From Ignavibacteria bacterium (lineage in GTDB: Bacteria > Elusimicrobiota > Endomicrobiia > PHAN01), in assembly GCA_041694835.1 (NCBI GenBank), contig JBGFRZ010000060.1, positions 1-34,523 on the forward strand: 34,523 nucleotides of DNA, read 5' to 3'. Below are positions 8,784 to 19,200 of the stretch, in pieces. The position numbers and the translations under genes are program-made. Positions within the stretch are counted from its first letter, which is position 1. Each line of letters starts with the position of its first letter. Below the pieces are notes generated by a model. It worked only from the letters and a program-made list of their open reading frames with translations, did not search any database and had not been told where the DNA came from.

Positions 8784-9929
8784 CGATCCTCTAATTTTTT
8801 CATAGAGCTTTTTCGTTTGTTCAGCGATGCTTGACCAGGAAAAATATTTCTCTACTCTTAGATGTCCGGATTTTCCAAAAGAGGCGGAGAGTTTCTTGTC
8901 GGACAAGAGCGTATTGACTTTTTTTGCTATAATTTCCGGATTTGAAGGTTCTATCAGAAAACCGGTTTCACCGTCGACGATTATTTCCTTTATGCCGCCG
9001 ACGGCGCTTGCTACGACCGGAACCTCGCACGCCATCGCCTCAAGATTTATAATCCCGAAAGGCTCATAAGTCGACGGACAGACAAATACGGATGCGTTTG
9101 AGTATATCTCGATGCATTCTTTTTCGTCGAGCATTTTATTGATCCATATAATGTTTTTTTTAGTTTTCGCGAAGTCCTCCATTTCTTTCAAAAATTCTTT
9201 TGTGTCCGCCCCCGTGGTGCATATTACAACTCGTGCGGGTGGCTCGATGTAATCCGCCGCTTTTATCAGGGTATCGATGCCTTTTTGTTTAGTGGTTCTT
9301 CCGAAAAACAAAACATATTTGTCGGGGATGGCGTATCTTTTTAACGCATCAGCGGAAGTCGTTTTTTGCCATTTATTTATGTCGATGCCGTTGTGGATTA
9401 CTTCTATGCGCTCCGCCGGGATATTGAACAATTTTAAAATATCTTTTTTCATTTCATTGGAAACGGCGATGATTTTGTCGGCGTTTTCGATTGCAAGTTT
9501 TTCCGCCCACAAACTTAAATTATATCCGGTTCCGATTTGGTCTGTTTTCCAGGGTCTGAGCGGCTCGAGAGAGTGGCAGGTAATCACAAGCGGAATTTCA
9601 AAAAGCGTCTTAATAAGATATCCTGCAAATGACGAATACCATGTATGAGTGTGAACTAAATCAGCATCAACAGGGTCGTTTGCTATAAGCAGATTGGCGG
9701 AAAGTGTGGATAGTACCGACGAGTGGAGTCCTTTTTTTGAATTTTTGAGAGACGACCATTCTTCGTAGCCCGTAACGGACAGATTTTTTTGTCTTGATTT
9801 TTGAGCGCCGAAACATCTGACTTCCACACCCATTATTTTTGAGAGTTCTTGCGAAAGATATTTGACATGGACCCCTGCTCCGCCGTAGATGTAAGGCGGA
9901 TATTCCCGCGTTACAAAAAGAACTTTCAT
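8781..9929 (-). CDS. glgM: GT4 glycosyltransferase, GlgM/Corynebacterium-type GlgA (alpha-maltose-1-phosphate synthase)
   Basis: TREYPPYIYGGAGVHV, HTHTWY, HSLEPLRPWK, CPSTYEPFGIINLEAMAC; adjacent to glgE. Confidence 0.85.
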   Translation of the reverse strand: MKVLFVTREYPPYIYGGAGVHVKYLSQELSKIMGVEVRCFGAQKSRQKNLSVTGYEEWSSLKNSKKGLHSSVLSTLSANLLIANDPVDADLVHTHTWYSSFAGYLIKTLFEIPLVITCHSLEPLRPWKTDQIGTGYNLSLWAEKLAIENADKIIAVSNEMKKDILKLFNIPAERIEVIHNGIDINKWQKTTSADALKRYAIPDKYVLFFGRTTKQKGIDTLIKAADYIEPPARVVICTTGADTKEFLKEMEDFAKTKKNIIWINKMLDEKECIEIYSNASVFVCPSTYEPFGIINLEAMACEVPVVASAVGGIKEIIVDGETGFLIEPSNPEIIAKKVNTLLSDKKLSASFGKSGHLRVEKYFSWSSIAEQTKKLYEKIRGS

Positions 9930-10100
9930 TTATTCGGGCCCCTTTATAAATTGTTTTAAAGCCGTGATGGAATATCTTTCAATTACTTGAGAGTTCAGCC
10001 ACACTTTAAGAACTTTCCCATCCCACTCCAATTCATCAAACGGTTCGGTGGTTGTTTTAAAACACGAATATATTGCATCATACTGTTCTTGCAGATTCAT
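9930..10100 (-). CDS. Small hypothetical protein (~56 aa)
   Basis: ORF from ATG 10100 (MNLQEQYDAIY...); its stop directly abuts the glgM ATG. Confidence 0.5.
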   Translation of the reverse strand: MNLQEQYDAIYSCFKTTTEPFDELEWDGKVLKVWLNSQVIERYSITALKQFIKGPE

Positions 10101-10240
10101 AATTACAAATGTCCAATGCCGATAAATCAGCAACTACAAAATCGTTTATCGTTCACTGATTACCGATTACTGATTACTTGTCTTTTGCGGAATAGCAATT
10201 CCGCCGCTACACCACTCACCGCCACCCACTATCCACTCTG

Positions 10241-12220
10241 TTAATGTCCCGGGGTTGTTATGTAGGCGTGAATGATGGAGAAAAACCCATATCTTTTGGA
10301 TTCTTTATTTATTTTTCTCGTATATGCTTCATCGTAAGTTTCACAAACGAAAATTTTGGGAATTATCTCTTCTGAGTAAAATTTTTCAAGTTCTTTTCTT
10401 GCGTAAGGGTCATTGTGTTTCAGCACTTTTTCTCTTATTTCATAAAACACGCCAAAATGTTTTTTGGCGAGTGTTTCTGAGTTGGGCGATTTGACTTCGG
10501 GTATTTTCTTGAACTCTTTTGATATTCTGAATATGTAAGCAGGATTTGATTGCGGGTCGAGTCGGACATAGTTGTCGTAACCCGTCCACACATATTTTTT
10601 TTCAGTTACGAGTTCTTCGACGAGATAGTCATCATCTATCGCTATGCCGAAATCTTCAAGAGGCAGTGTAATTCTTGCGTCTTGTCGTCGATGTGGGTCG
10701 AGATTTACGGCGACGACTATTATGTTTTTTCCCAGACGGCTGCTTTCGGGGAATATTTTGCCATAACACAGGACATTGTCATTTGTGGAGTTGAAAAATT
10801 TCAGGTTCCCGTAATAATGCAGTGCTCTGTTTTCAATCCTTATTTTGTTTAATTTTTTTATGTATTCCTTGATGTTGCCGGGTCTGTCCCAATCCCAAAC
10901 CTTATATTCATATTTTTCCGAATTGAGATATTCTTCTTTTCCGGGTATGGCGCTGTTTTCGCAGAGTTCAAAGCCGTTGTACATTCCGTAGCAACTTGAT
11001 AGCGTGGTTGCGAGGGCGATTCTGAGCATAAAAGCAGGCCTTCCGCCATGTTGTAAAATCGTCGGAAGTATGTCGGGCGTGTTGACAAAAAGATTCATCC
11101 TGAGGAAATTTTTCAAATGGCTCTGAGTCAACTTTGTAAAATATTCTATGAGTTCATTTTTTGTGTTTCTCCATGTGAAATATCCATAACTTTGTTGATA
11201 TCCCACAGCTGCCAACTCCTCAAGTTTTTCATAATATGTGAATGCCTCTGAGAGAAAAACGGTGTCGGGCTCTTTTCTCTTAATTTCGCGTATTAACCAT
11301 TGCCAGAACTCGGTCGGTTTTGTGTGAGGGTTGTCGACGCGGAAAATGTTTACGCCCTGCTTGAGCCAAAACTCAAAGATGCTTTTCATTTCTTCCCACA
11401 TCGCTTCGCGGTCTTCGGGGTAGAAGTTCAGCGGATAGACATCTTCGTATTTTTTCGGCGGATTTTCGGCGCACTTGATAGTTCCGTCGGGCTCGTGATG
11501 AAACCAACCCGGGTGTTCTTTTACATAAGAATGGTCGGGCGAACACTGCAGTCCTATATCGAGTGCGATTTCGAATCCCATTTCTTTCGCTTTGGCTGTT
11601 AGATGTCTGAAATCCTCAAGTGTGCCAAGATCGGGATGGGTCGATTTGTGTCCGCCCGCCTGACTTCCTATCGCCCAGCAACTCCCCGGATCGTTTGCTC
11701 CGGTGGAGAGCGAGTTGTTTGGACCTTTCCTGTTCGTCGTTCCTATCGGATGAATGGGAGCCATGTAAAGAACGTCGAATCCCATCTTTCTTATTTCTTC
11801 GAGACGCTCCTCGACATCTTTGAAAGTTGCGCTTTTGCCCGGGATTTTTCCTTGTGAACGAGGAAAGAGCTCGTACCAAGCCGAAAATCTTGCTTTAACC
11901 GGATCCACCATTACCTGAAGGATTTTTCCATAGTCGTGATTTCGTGATGTTTTCTTGTTGGTTGCCGTTACGGTATAATCGTATATTCCGGTCGATTCAA
12001 ATTTTATCGAAGACACAAATTTATTATTTTCCTGCTTAGTCATCTGCGTTTTACGCCATGTTTTTGAATTATGCGGCTTAAATTTGAGATAAACATCGGC
12101 GATTTTTTTGGAATTGACAATTGCTGTGACTGGAAAAAGGACATCTATCTCGGTTTTGACAGGATATTGCCCGCCGAGTTCTGGATATACGGCTTCGATG
12201 ATTTTTTCTGCTTTCGGCAT
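10241..12220 (-). CDS. glgE: Alpha-1,4-glucan:maltose-1-phosphate maltosyltransferase (GH13_3)
   Basis: FSAWYELFPRS, AENPPKKYEDVYP, FRVDNPHTKP, FLSEAFT, NTPDIL. Confidence 0.95.
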   Translation of the reverse strand: MPKAEKIIEAVYPELGGQYPVKTEIDVLFPVTAIVNSKKIADVYLKFKPHNSKTWRKTQMTKQENNKFVSSIKFESTGIYDYTVTATNKKTSRNHDYGKILQVMVDPVKARFSAWYELFPRSQGKIPGKSATFKDVEERLEEIRKMGFDVLYMAPIHPIGTTNRKGPNNSLSTGANDPGSCWAIGSQAGGHKSTHPDLGTLEDFRHLTAKAKEMGFEIALDIGLQCSPDHSYVKEHPGWFHHEPDGTIKCAENPPKKYEDVYPLNFYPEDREAMWEEMKSIFEFWLKQGVNIFRVDNPHTKPTEFWQWLIREIKRKEPDTVFLSEAFTYYEKLEELAAVGYQQSYGYFTWRNTKNELIEYFTKLTQSHLKNFLRMNLFVNTPDILPTILQHGGRPAFMLRIALATTLSSCYGMYNGFELCENSAIPGKEEYLNSEKYEYKVWDWDRPGNIKEYIKKLNKIRIENRALHYYGNLKFFNSTNDNVLCYGKIFPESSRLGKNIIVVAVNLDPHRRQDARITLPLEDFGIAIDDDYLVEELVTEKKYVWTGYDNYVRLDPQSNPAYIFRISKEFKKIPEVKSPNSETLAKKHFGVFYEIREKVLKHNDPYARKELEKFYSEEIIPKIFVCETYDEAYTRKINKESKRYGFFSIIHAYITTPGH

Positions 12221-12324
12221 GTTGTTCTCCTATCGCTCACTTTTGAAGACGGAGATGTTATTCAAAGATGATGGCCGATTCTTTAAGGGGTTGCCAAAAA
12301 GTCAACATTATTCTTCGGTAACCC

Positions 12325-13308
12325 CTAAGCTTCCCGAAGGAATTTCGCTGCGTCTTCAGGCGCGGTCGGGTTTACATAAAATCCAGTTCCCCATTCAAAA
12401 CCCGCGACTTTCGTCAGTTTCGGCATAATCTCGATATGCCAGTGATAGTGAGGAACTCTCGGCTCTTTCAGTGGAGAGTTGTGTATTATATAGTTGTACG
12501 GCGGATTTTCAAGGACGCTGTTGAGTTTCCCGAGGCATACTTTCATTATTTGAGCAAGACTCGTTGTTTCGTGTTTTTGTATGTCCTGAAAAACCGAGTC
12601 GTGTTTTTTGGGGAGAACCCAGATTTCAAACGGGAATCTTGCGGCGAAGGGGACTATCGCCAGAAAATCCGGATTTTCTGCGAGTATCCTTTGATTCGAC
12701 ACTATTTCCTGCTTTATCATATCGCAGAAGACGCATCGTTCTTTGTAATCGAAATAGCTTTTTGCCCCGTTAATCTCTTCCCTTACCCTTTTGGGAACTA
12801 TGGGCGTTGCGATAAGCTGAGAGTGAGGATGAGAAAGCGTTGCACCGGCGGCGCCGCCTCTATTTTTAAAGAGCAAGATGTATTCAAATCTTTCGTCTTT
12901 TCTTAAATCAAGGATTCTGTCTCTGAACGACCATATTATGTCTTCGACTTGTTTGTCGTGGAGATCCGGGATTTCTTTTTTATGATCAGGGGATTCTATT
13001 ATTACTTCATGCGCCCCGACACCGTTCATTTTGTCGTACATTCCCTCCCCCGTTCTGTTTAGCGAGCCTTCGACGGCGAGCGCCGGGAATTTATTCGGAA
13101 CAACCCTTATCCACCAGTTGTTCGAATTTTTTGGATCCCTGTACGAGAGCACTTCAGGAGGCGTTAGATGTTCGTGGCCGGGGCAAAATGGGCAGGCCTG
13201 ACTCGCATGGTTTTCGGTTTCTTTTGGAAATTCACTCGGCCTTTTGCCTCTTTCCGTTGATATTATAACCCATCTTCCGGTTACGGGGTCTCTTCTGAGT
13301 TCTGGCAT
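12325..13308 (-). CDS. galT: GalT-family hexose-1-phosphate nucleotidyltransferase
   Basis: MPELRRDP, CPFCPG, HPHSQ, HWHIEI; start at ATG 13308 after GGAGGAG. Confidence 0.9.
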   Translation of the reverse strand: MPELRRDPVTGRWVIISTERGKRPSEFPKETENHASQACPFCPGHEHLTPPEVLSYRDPKNSNNWWIRVVPNKFPALAVEGSLNRTGEGMYDKMNGVGAHEVIIESPDHKKEIPDLHDKQVEDIIWSFRDRILDLRKDERFEYILLFKNRGGAAGATLSHPHSQLIATPIVPKRVREEINGAKSYFDYKERCVFCDMIKQEIVSNQRILAENPDFLAIVPFAARFPFEIWVLPKKHDSVFQDIQKHETTSLAQIMKVCLGKLNSVLENPPYNYIIHNSPLKEPRVPHYHWHIEIMPKLTKVAGFEWGTGFYVNPTAPEDAAKFLREA

Positions 13309-13330
13309 TTGTCTCCTCCGTTTTAAAAAC

Positions 13331-13477
13331 AGCAAATAGCGAATAGCGAATAGCAAAAAGTAGATGGTAGAAGGGTAGAAAGGTAGAAGGTAAAAGGCGA
13401 AAGAAGTGCCTCTGTATACCGTCTACATTCTACCGTCTACCGCCTCTCAATTCTAAACTCTCAACCCTCAAACTCTT
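13331..13477. repeat. Heptamer tandem repeat tract with an inverted arrangement
   Basis: (tagcgaa)n and (tagaagg)n purine arm, then (ctaccgt)n and (ctctcaa)n pyrimidine arm. Confidence 0.85.
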
Positions 13478-13489
13478 TTGAGCGGTTTC

Positions 13490-13518
13490 ATTATATAAAA
13501 CTTGAGGAATTTTGTCAA
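13490..13518 (-). promoter_or_regulatory. Consensus sigma70 promoter for the galT-glgE-glgM cluster
   Basis: Minus strand TTGACA (13518-13513), 17 bp spacer, TATAAT (13495-13490). Confidence 0.75.
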
Positions 13519-13539
13519 ACTATCAGTTTTTAGTATAAT
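13512..13539 (+). promoter_or_regulatory. Divergent overlapping sigma70 promoter for lptF
   Basis: TTGTCA, 16 bp spacer, TATAAT (13534-13539). Confidence 0.5.
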
Positions 13540-13540
13540 A

Positions 13541-13713
13541 AGAGCATTGAAAAACCCATCTTTTTCATTCCGAAGCGGTTTCTTGACGATTAAAACTTAC
13601 AATTTGACAGCAAAACTTCTCGACACACTCCGTCGGACACGCTGTCAAGACGATCGTTCCTTTTAATCTAAAACCGCTAATTCATTCTAAAAATCAGGGG
13701 TTTTCAACAATCT
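13541..13713. mobile_element. MITE-like structured element
   Basis: Imperfect TIR AGAGCATTGAAAAACCC / GGGGTTTTCAACAATCT; three nested internal stems. Confidence 0.6.
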
Positions 13714-13719
13714 ATTTCA

Positions 13720-14808
13720 GTGAAAATAATAAGAAGGTACGTCCTTTCGGAGTACATCTCTGCTACGTTGTTCGGCCTTGTCGTTTTTACTTTTATCCTT
13801 CTTCTGGAGCAGATATTTCTATTTGTAAATGTGATAATTACAAAAGGTGTCGGAGTTTACGATGCGTTGACGCTGTTTCTCCTTATGCTTCCCAACATAT
13901 TTTCGTTGAGCATACCGATTTCCACCCTTTTTGGAGGAATTTTAAGTTACGGGAGGCTTACCAGTGACAACGAAATCACGGCGATGAAAACAGCCGGCAT
14001 AGGTTGTTTCAGCTTTGCGCTCCCACCGATAGCGTTCAATTTTTTACTGTCGGGTTCGCTGGTATTATACAATCTTCATGCATCTCCGCAAACTTACAAA
14101 AAATTTAACGAATACTACTATGAAGTAGTGCAGAAAAAACCCACCCTTAAAATAGAGGAGAAATCAATAATTACAATAGGCAGCAGCAGGATATATTTTG
14201 AGGGGAAGGATAAGGGCGGCCGCCTTAAAAACGTAAGCATATATCAGTTCAACGACGCCGAGGGCTTGATGGTTCCATCGCTGTTAATATCGGCATCATC
14301 GGCTACGATATCTGTCCATAATTCGCACATATTGTTCCGTATGTACAGCGGCAGTATTCAGAAAACCGACATCAGACGCCCTTCCGAGATTGCATCTCTT
14401 CAATTTGTCAGATATGACATTCCGATAGCCATAAATCATTCCGTGCAGCAAACAAAATCCTTGAGGGAATATACCGCCAGCGAGCTGCTTTGCGAAATAG
14501 AGAGGTATAAAAACCAATCACTGCCATACGGGATATTTGAAACCGAATATAATCTGCGCATAGCCGTGGGCGTCGCCCCGTTTTTCTTTTCACTGATAGG
14601 AATTCCACTCGGACTGCTTGCTCACAGGGGGTCAAAGGCTATAGGATTTGCGCTTTCCACAGGTGTGATTTTCTGCTATTATATTTTTCTTGCCGTGGGG
14701 ATAAATTTTTCGGATAAAGGATATCTCGCATCAGCGTTTTCTCTTCAGATTCCGAATATGGCCGCGGCATTTTTTGCATCACTTCTTTGGAGAAAAATAA
14801 CAAGGTAA
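13720..14808 (+). CDS. lptF: LptF/LptG family LPS export permease (LptF position)
   Basis: YGRLTSDNEITAMKTAG; 3 TM + periplasmic domain + 3 TM architecture. Confidence 0.88.
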   Translation: MKIIRRYVLSEYISATLFGLVVFTFILLLEQIFLFVNVIITKGVGVYDALTLFLLMLPNIFSLSIPISTLFGGILSYGRLTSDNEITAMKTAGIGCFSFALPPIAFNFLLSGSLVLYNLHASPQTYKKFNEYYYEVVQKKPTLKIEEKSIITIGSSRIYFEGKDKGGRLKNVSIYQFNDAEGLMVPSLLISASSATISVHNSHILFRMYSGSIQKTDIRRPSEIASLQFVRYDIPIAINHSVQQTKSLREYTASELLCEIERYKNQSLPYGIFETEYNLRIAVGVAPFFFSLIGIPLGLLAHRGSKAIGFALSTGVIFCYYIFLAVGINFSDKGYLASAFSLQIPNMAAAFFASLLWRKITR

Positions 14809-15021
14809 TGACCAATGGAAATGAATCAAAAATGTTTGCTTGCGGGACCGCTCACCCGACGGATAACATACTTTGATTTATATCTTAAAGTTCGCTTAGC
14901 GCATCGCCTGCAAAATTTTTATATGAGTTCTTAATTTATCAAAATGGCCCCACGAAATCCAACTTTTCTTCTTAATTTGGTCCGAATTGTCTGGCTATTG
15001 CCAATAACAAAGAGATAATTC

Positions 15022-16107
15022 ATGAAAATTCTAAACAGATACATCATAAGGGAATTCCTGAAACTACTTTTCTTCATTATTGTGTTTTTTATCGGGGTGT
15101 CGATTATATCCGATTTTCTGAGAGAGCTGAATCTGTTTATGGATAAGAAAGCTTCTTTTTACAGCGTGGCCAGATATCTTCTTTATACCAATTTTCACAA
15201 GGCGTTCCTGCTTCTTCCCATAGCCGTTTTACTGTCAACCCTTTTTTCAATGGGGGCCATGGCAAGGGCGGGGGAGTTTGTGGCTCTAAAAGTTGCCGGA
15301 ATCAACATAAAAAAAACGATGATACCTCTCTTTGCGGCGAGCATTATACTGTCAGTTTTTGTTCTTTTCGCGGTTTTTAATTTTGTGCCCGTGGTTGTTA
15401 AAAAGGGGTATGCGATAAAAAACATTGAAATATTGAAACAAGCCCCGACGACGCCCTTGAGGGAGTCATGGAAACTTAGCGTTGTTCTATCGCCAAAGAG
15501 CAGATTGCACGTCGGCTATGTCAATCTTGATAAAAAATTCATGAAAGATATAATACTTTATAAATATGACGATAATTTTCAGATGGCGGAGCAGATTATT
15601 GCCCAAAGCGTGTTGTGGGCGGGAAACGAATGGAGTTTTTTTGATGGGGTGAGGAGGATTTACAAGGGTGGCGGTATTGTTTCAGAAAAAAAGTTTGACA
15701 GATTAAAGGCGGAATTTAGCTGTTCGCCGGAGGATTTTATACTCACTTCAAGTTATCCCGAAGAAAAAACGTGGAATGAGCATGTAAAACACATAGATAA
15801 TCTGAATAAACTCGGCTTCTCCGCCCGACGCGCTCGCATAGATTTTCTCTACAGAATAGCTGTATCTTTCAGTAATTTCATTGTGATTTTTATAGGGGTG
15901 CATTTCGCCTCAACTATTTCGCCGCGACATGGGAAGTTATTCGGTTTTACATCTGCACTTGTTTTGGCTTTTCTCTATTACGGGATAGCGGCTTTGGGAC
16001 GGTCTTTGGGTGAAAATGGGATTATGCCGGAGTATTTAGCCGCATGGTTTGGCAATATTATACTCGGAGTTTTCGGAGTCGTTTTGTTCATAAAAATTCC
16101 CACATGA
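15022..16107 (+). CDS. lptG: LptF/LptG family LPS export permease (LptG position)
   Basis: MKILNRYI, GAMARAGEFVALKVAG, LAAWFGN. Confidence 0.88.
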   Translation: MKILNRYIIREFLKLLFFIIVFFIGVSIISDFLRELNLFMDKKASFYSVARYLLYTNFHKAFLLLPIAVLLSTLFSMGAMARAGEFVALKVAGINIKKTMIPLFAASIILSVFVLFAVFNFVPVVVKKGYAIKNIEILKQAPTTPLRESWKLSVVLSPKSRLHVGYVNLDKKFMKDIILYKYDDNFQMAEQIIAQSVLWAGNEWSFFDGVRRIYKGGGIVSEKKFDRLKAEFSCSPEDFILTSSYPEEKTWNEHVKHIDNLNKLGFSARRARIDFLYRIAVSFSNFIVIFIGVHFASTISPRHGKLFGFTSALVLAFLYYGIAALGRSLGENGIMPEYLAAWFGNIILGVFGVVLFIKIPT

Positions 16108-16136
16108 AAAAAACAGAGAACAGAGGACGGGGCTCG

Positions 16137-16218
16137 CCCTGTTAGAAATTACTGTGTGATTGAGAGAAAATTGAAAGTTTTAATGGATACTAAAAATCAT
16201 CGAAAATTTCTAACAGGG
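16137..16218. mobile_element. 82-bp MITE-like element
   Basis: Perfect 14-bp TIR CCCTGTTAGAAATT / AATTTCTAACAGGG. Confidence 0.8.
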
Positions 16219-19200
16219 TTTGTGGCTCATGTCACCATACACCAGTTGCCAGTTGTCAGTTGCCAACCACCATCCCCTATCCCCTACCCCCTATCCCCTG
16301 TCTACTATCTACTATCTACTTGTTTCTTACTTCTTGTCTCTTACTTCTCTCTTTATGCCACCGAGCCCTTAAAGTATAATCAAAAATTGTGGAATGAAAT
16401 GATGCGCCGGGTAGAATACGGCGATATTTATGAAGTTAAAGCGACCACACCGTCCGCTCATCCGTCCGCCCAGCCTCTTCCCCCGGGTCTTGCGGTTGAT
16501 TTGCCGTACGAATCGGCGATATCAATATCCGGCAGAAAGCTGATATCCGTAAATCTGAAAATGACGCAGTATCTAAACCCCCAAGAGGCCCGGGCAAAAA
16601 ACATACTTCCTTCAAGGACGGATATTGAGATGAAGCAGGAGTTGCAGGTCAGGATAAAGGGACAGGTCGGCAGAAAGATAATGGTTAACATAGATTTCGA
16701 CGACACGACCGCCGAAAAAAGGGACATATCTGTGGCATATAAAGGCGATCCGGAAGAGGTGATACAGGAGGCTGCATTCGGGGATATAACGATGGCCCTT
16801 CCGCAAACGGAGTTTGTGGGATATTCCAGACAGCTTTTCGGAGCAAAGGTTGACGCTAAATACAGAAATATAAGATTCATCGGGTTTGGGTCGAAGACAA
16901 AAGGGCAATCCGATCTCAAAAGATTTACCGGCAATACCGCGCTTGAGAGAAGAGAAATAAACGACACATCCTACATAAGATTCAAGTATTATAGGCTAGC
17001 GTTCGGAAACGATGCGATAAAAAGGGGAAGCGAAAAGATATATCTGGACGACAGAAATCCGGCGAATAATAATATCACAACAAGTTCCATGACCGTTGCT
17101 CTTACGGCCGGCAGCACTTTCTACGGAAGTTTCGATCTGCTTGTTCCCGGTCAGGACTACACCGTGGATTATGAAAATGGCGTCGTTTATTTCAGAAAAA
17201 GTATACTTGCGAATTATGTGATAGCGGTTGATTATGAAAAAGTATCCGGCGGCTTTTTGAGGAACGACGTGCCGCTGATAGGAGCCCCCAAGATTTTGAA
17301 GGATGAAAATAATGTAAAGTCGGCGGAGCTCAAAAACTACTATTCGATAGGCAGAAACAAGCTCATCCGCGACAATGGAAGGGGTAATTTTATCTTAAAA
17401 ATCCAGGATCTCAACAGAAACGATGTAGCGTTTATAGGCGGGATTGCCGCCCCGAAATATCCGCAGGATATCGAAGTCGATTTCGAGCAGGGCTATTTTT
17501 ATTTTAAATCGACGACCACCCCATTTTTGCCCGATGCTTACAAAGTTACGCCTGTGAGCTCCTATAGGATTTTTCTCGAATACAGATACAGATTCAAGAC
17601 CTTCCAACTGAGACCCGGCATAGTTCCGCATTCTGAAAAAGTGGTTATGGATGGTAAGACACTTGTTCGCGACAGCGATTATTTTATCGATTACGACTCC
17701 GGCTACATCACATTTTATAATGAGGAAAAAATAACCGAAAACACGGTTATAGAGATCTCCTATGATTACTCGCTGTTCGGCGCCGCCGTAGGAACGACTA
17801 TAGTCGGGATGCGTGGCGAGGTGATGCTCACGCCGAAAATATTCGTTGGCTCCTCGTATCTTTACGAGTTCGCTACTCAGTCGCAGACTCTTCCCGACAT
17901 AAAATCGACTCCCGCGAGTCTAGGCATATGGGAAGTTGACTCCAGGATAACAGACATTAAAATACCATTCCTTAATTGGGGATTTTCGGTGGGCGGAGAA
18001 TTCGCTCAGAGCAAAAGAGATCCCAATACCGTGGGGAAAGCCATGGTCGAATCGATGGAAGGGATAAAACAGGAAGACCATCTTTCTATGTTTAAGGATT
18101 TCTGGAAATACGGAGTCGCTACCTACAGATACTATAACACCGATGTTTCCTGGTCGAACGAGGAGCTTTATCTGAGGGATATCAACCCCAACATAGATCC
18201 TTCTGTCGCCGAAAAAAGACAGGTTTTGGTTGTCAATTACAACACCGCGGTTTCGAGCGAGGTCGCCATACAGCAAAGCATATCCAAAACGGGCCTCGAT
18301 TTTTCAAAGAAAATTTATCTTGAAGCATGGATTTACGGAAATAAACCGACAGAGATTAGTTTTGATGTTGGTTCTATGAGCGAGGACATTGATGGCGACG
18401 GAATTTTGGACACGGAGGACAAAAACGGCGACGGGCTTTTAAATCAGGGGGAGGACACCGGAATTTCGTTTTTAAATCCCGACGGTAAGACGGTTATTAT
18501 TGGAAAGGGGAATAATCGGCTCGACACCGAAGATATTGACGGCGACGGCGTCCTCAGAAAAATTGATGCTCTCGCCGGGAGATATTCCGGAATAAATCTT
18601 TCCGGAGGGAAATGGGAATTTATCAGAATACCGCTGGTTATCTCGGATGAAATAAAATGGCAGGCGGTAAAACAGTTACGTATGAAGATAAAAGGGTCTC
18701 AGTCGGGACAGCTCAAAATATCGCAGATTTCTTTCGTAGGTAACCGATGGGAAAAAGGTTTTGCTACGGCGGGAAGCACGGTGTCGGTGTCGGCGATAAA
18801 TAACGAAGAGGATAAGAATTACAAGGAAAAATCGCTTTTATCTCATCCAGAGTATCAAAAGCTTTACGACATAACCGACAGAACTTTGAGAATCAGGAGG
18901 GAGCAGGCTCTTTCAATTAAATATCAGATAGTGTCCGGCACCGTCTCGACGAGGGTTGTTTATTCGAGGCCATACGATTTTTCGCGGTACAAAAAATTCA
19001 AATTTTTTCTGTACGGCGACGGTAGAGGCGGAACTTTTTTCATACAAGCAGGCAATGAATCAAACTACTTTGAGTTTTCGATACCGGTCACATGGATTGG
19101 ATGGGAAGTGATAACGCTTGAGCAGGTGGACAAAAACCGCGACGGAAAACCCGATGTGTGGGAATCAAAGATGCTCAATTCCAACGTAAGAATAGTCGGC

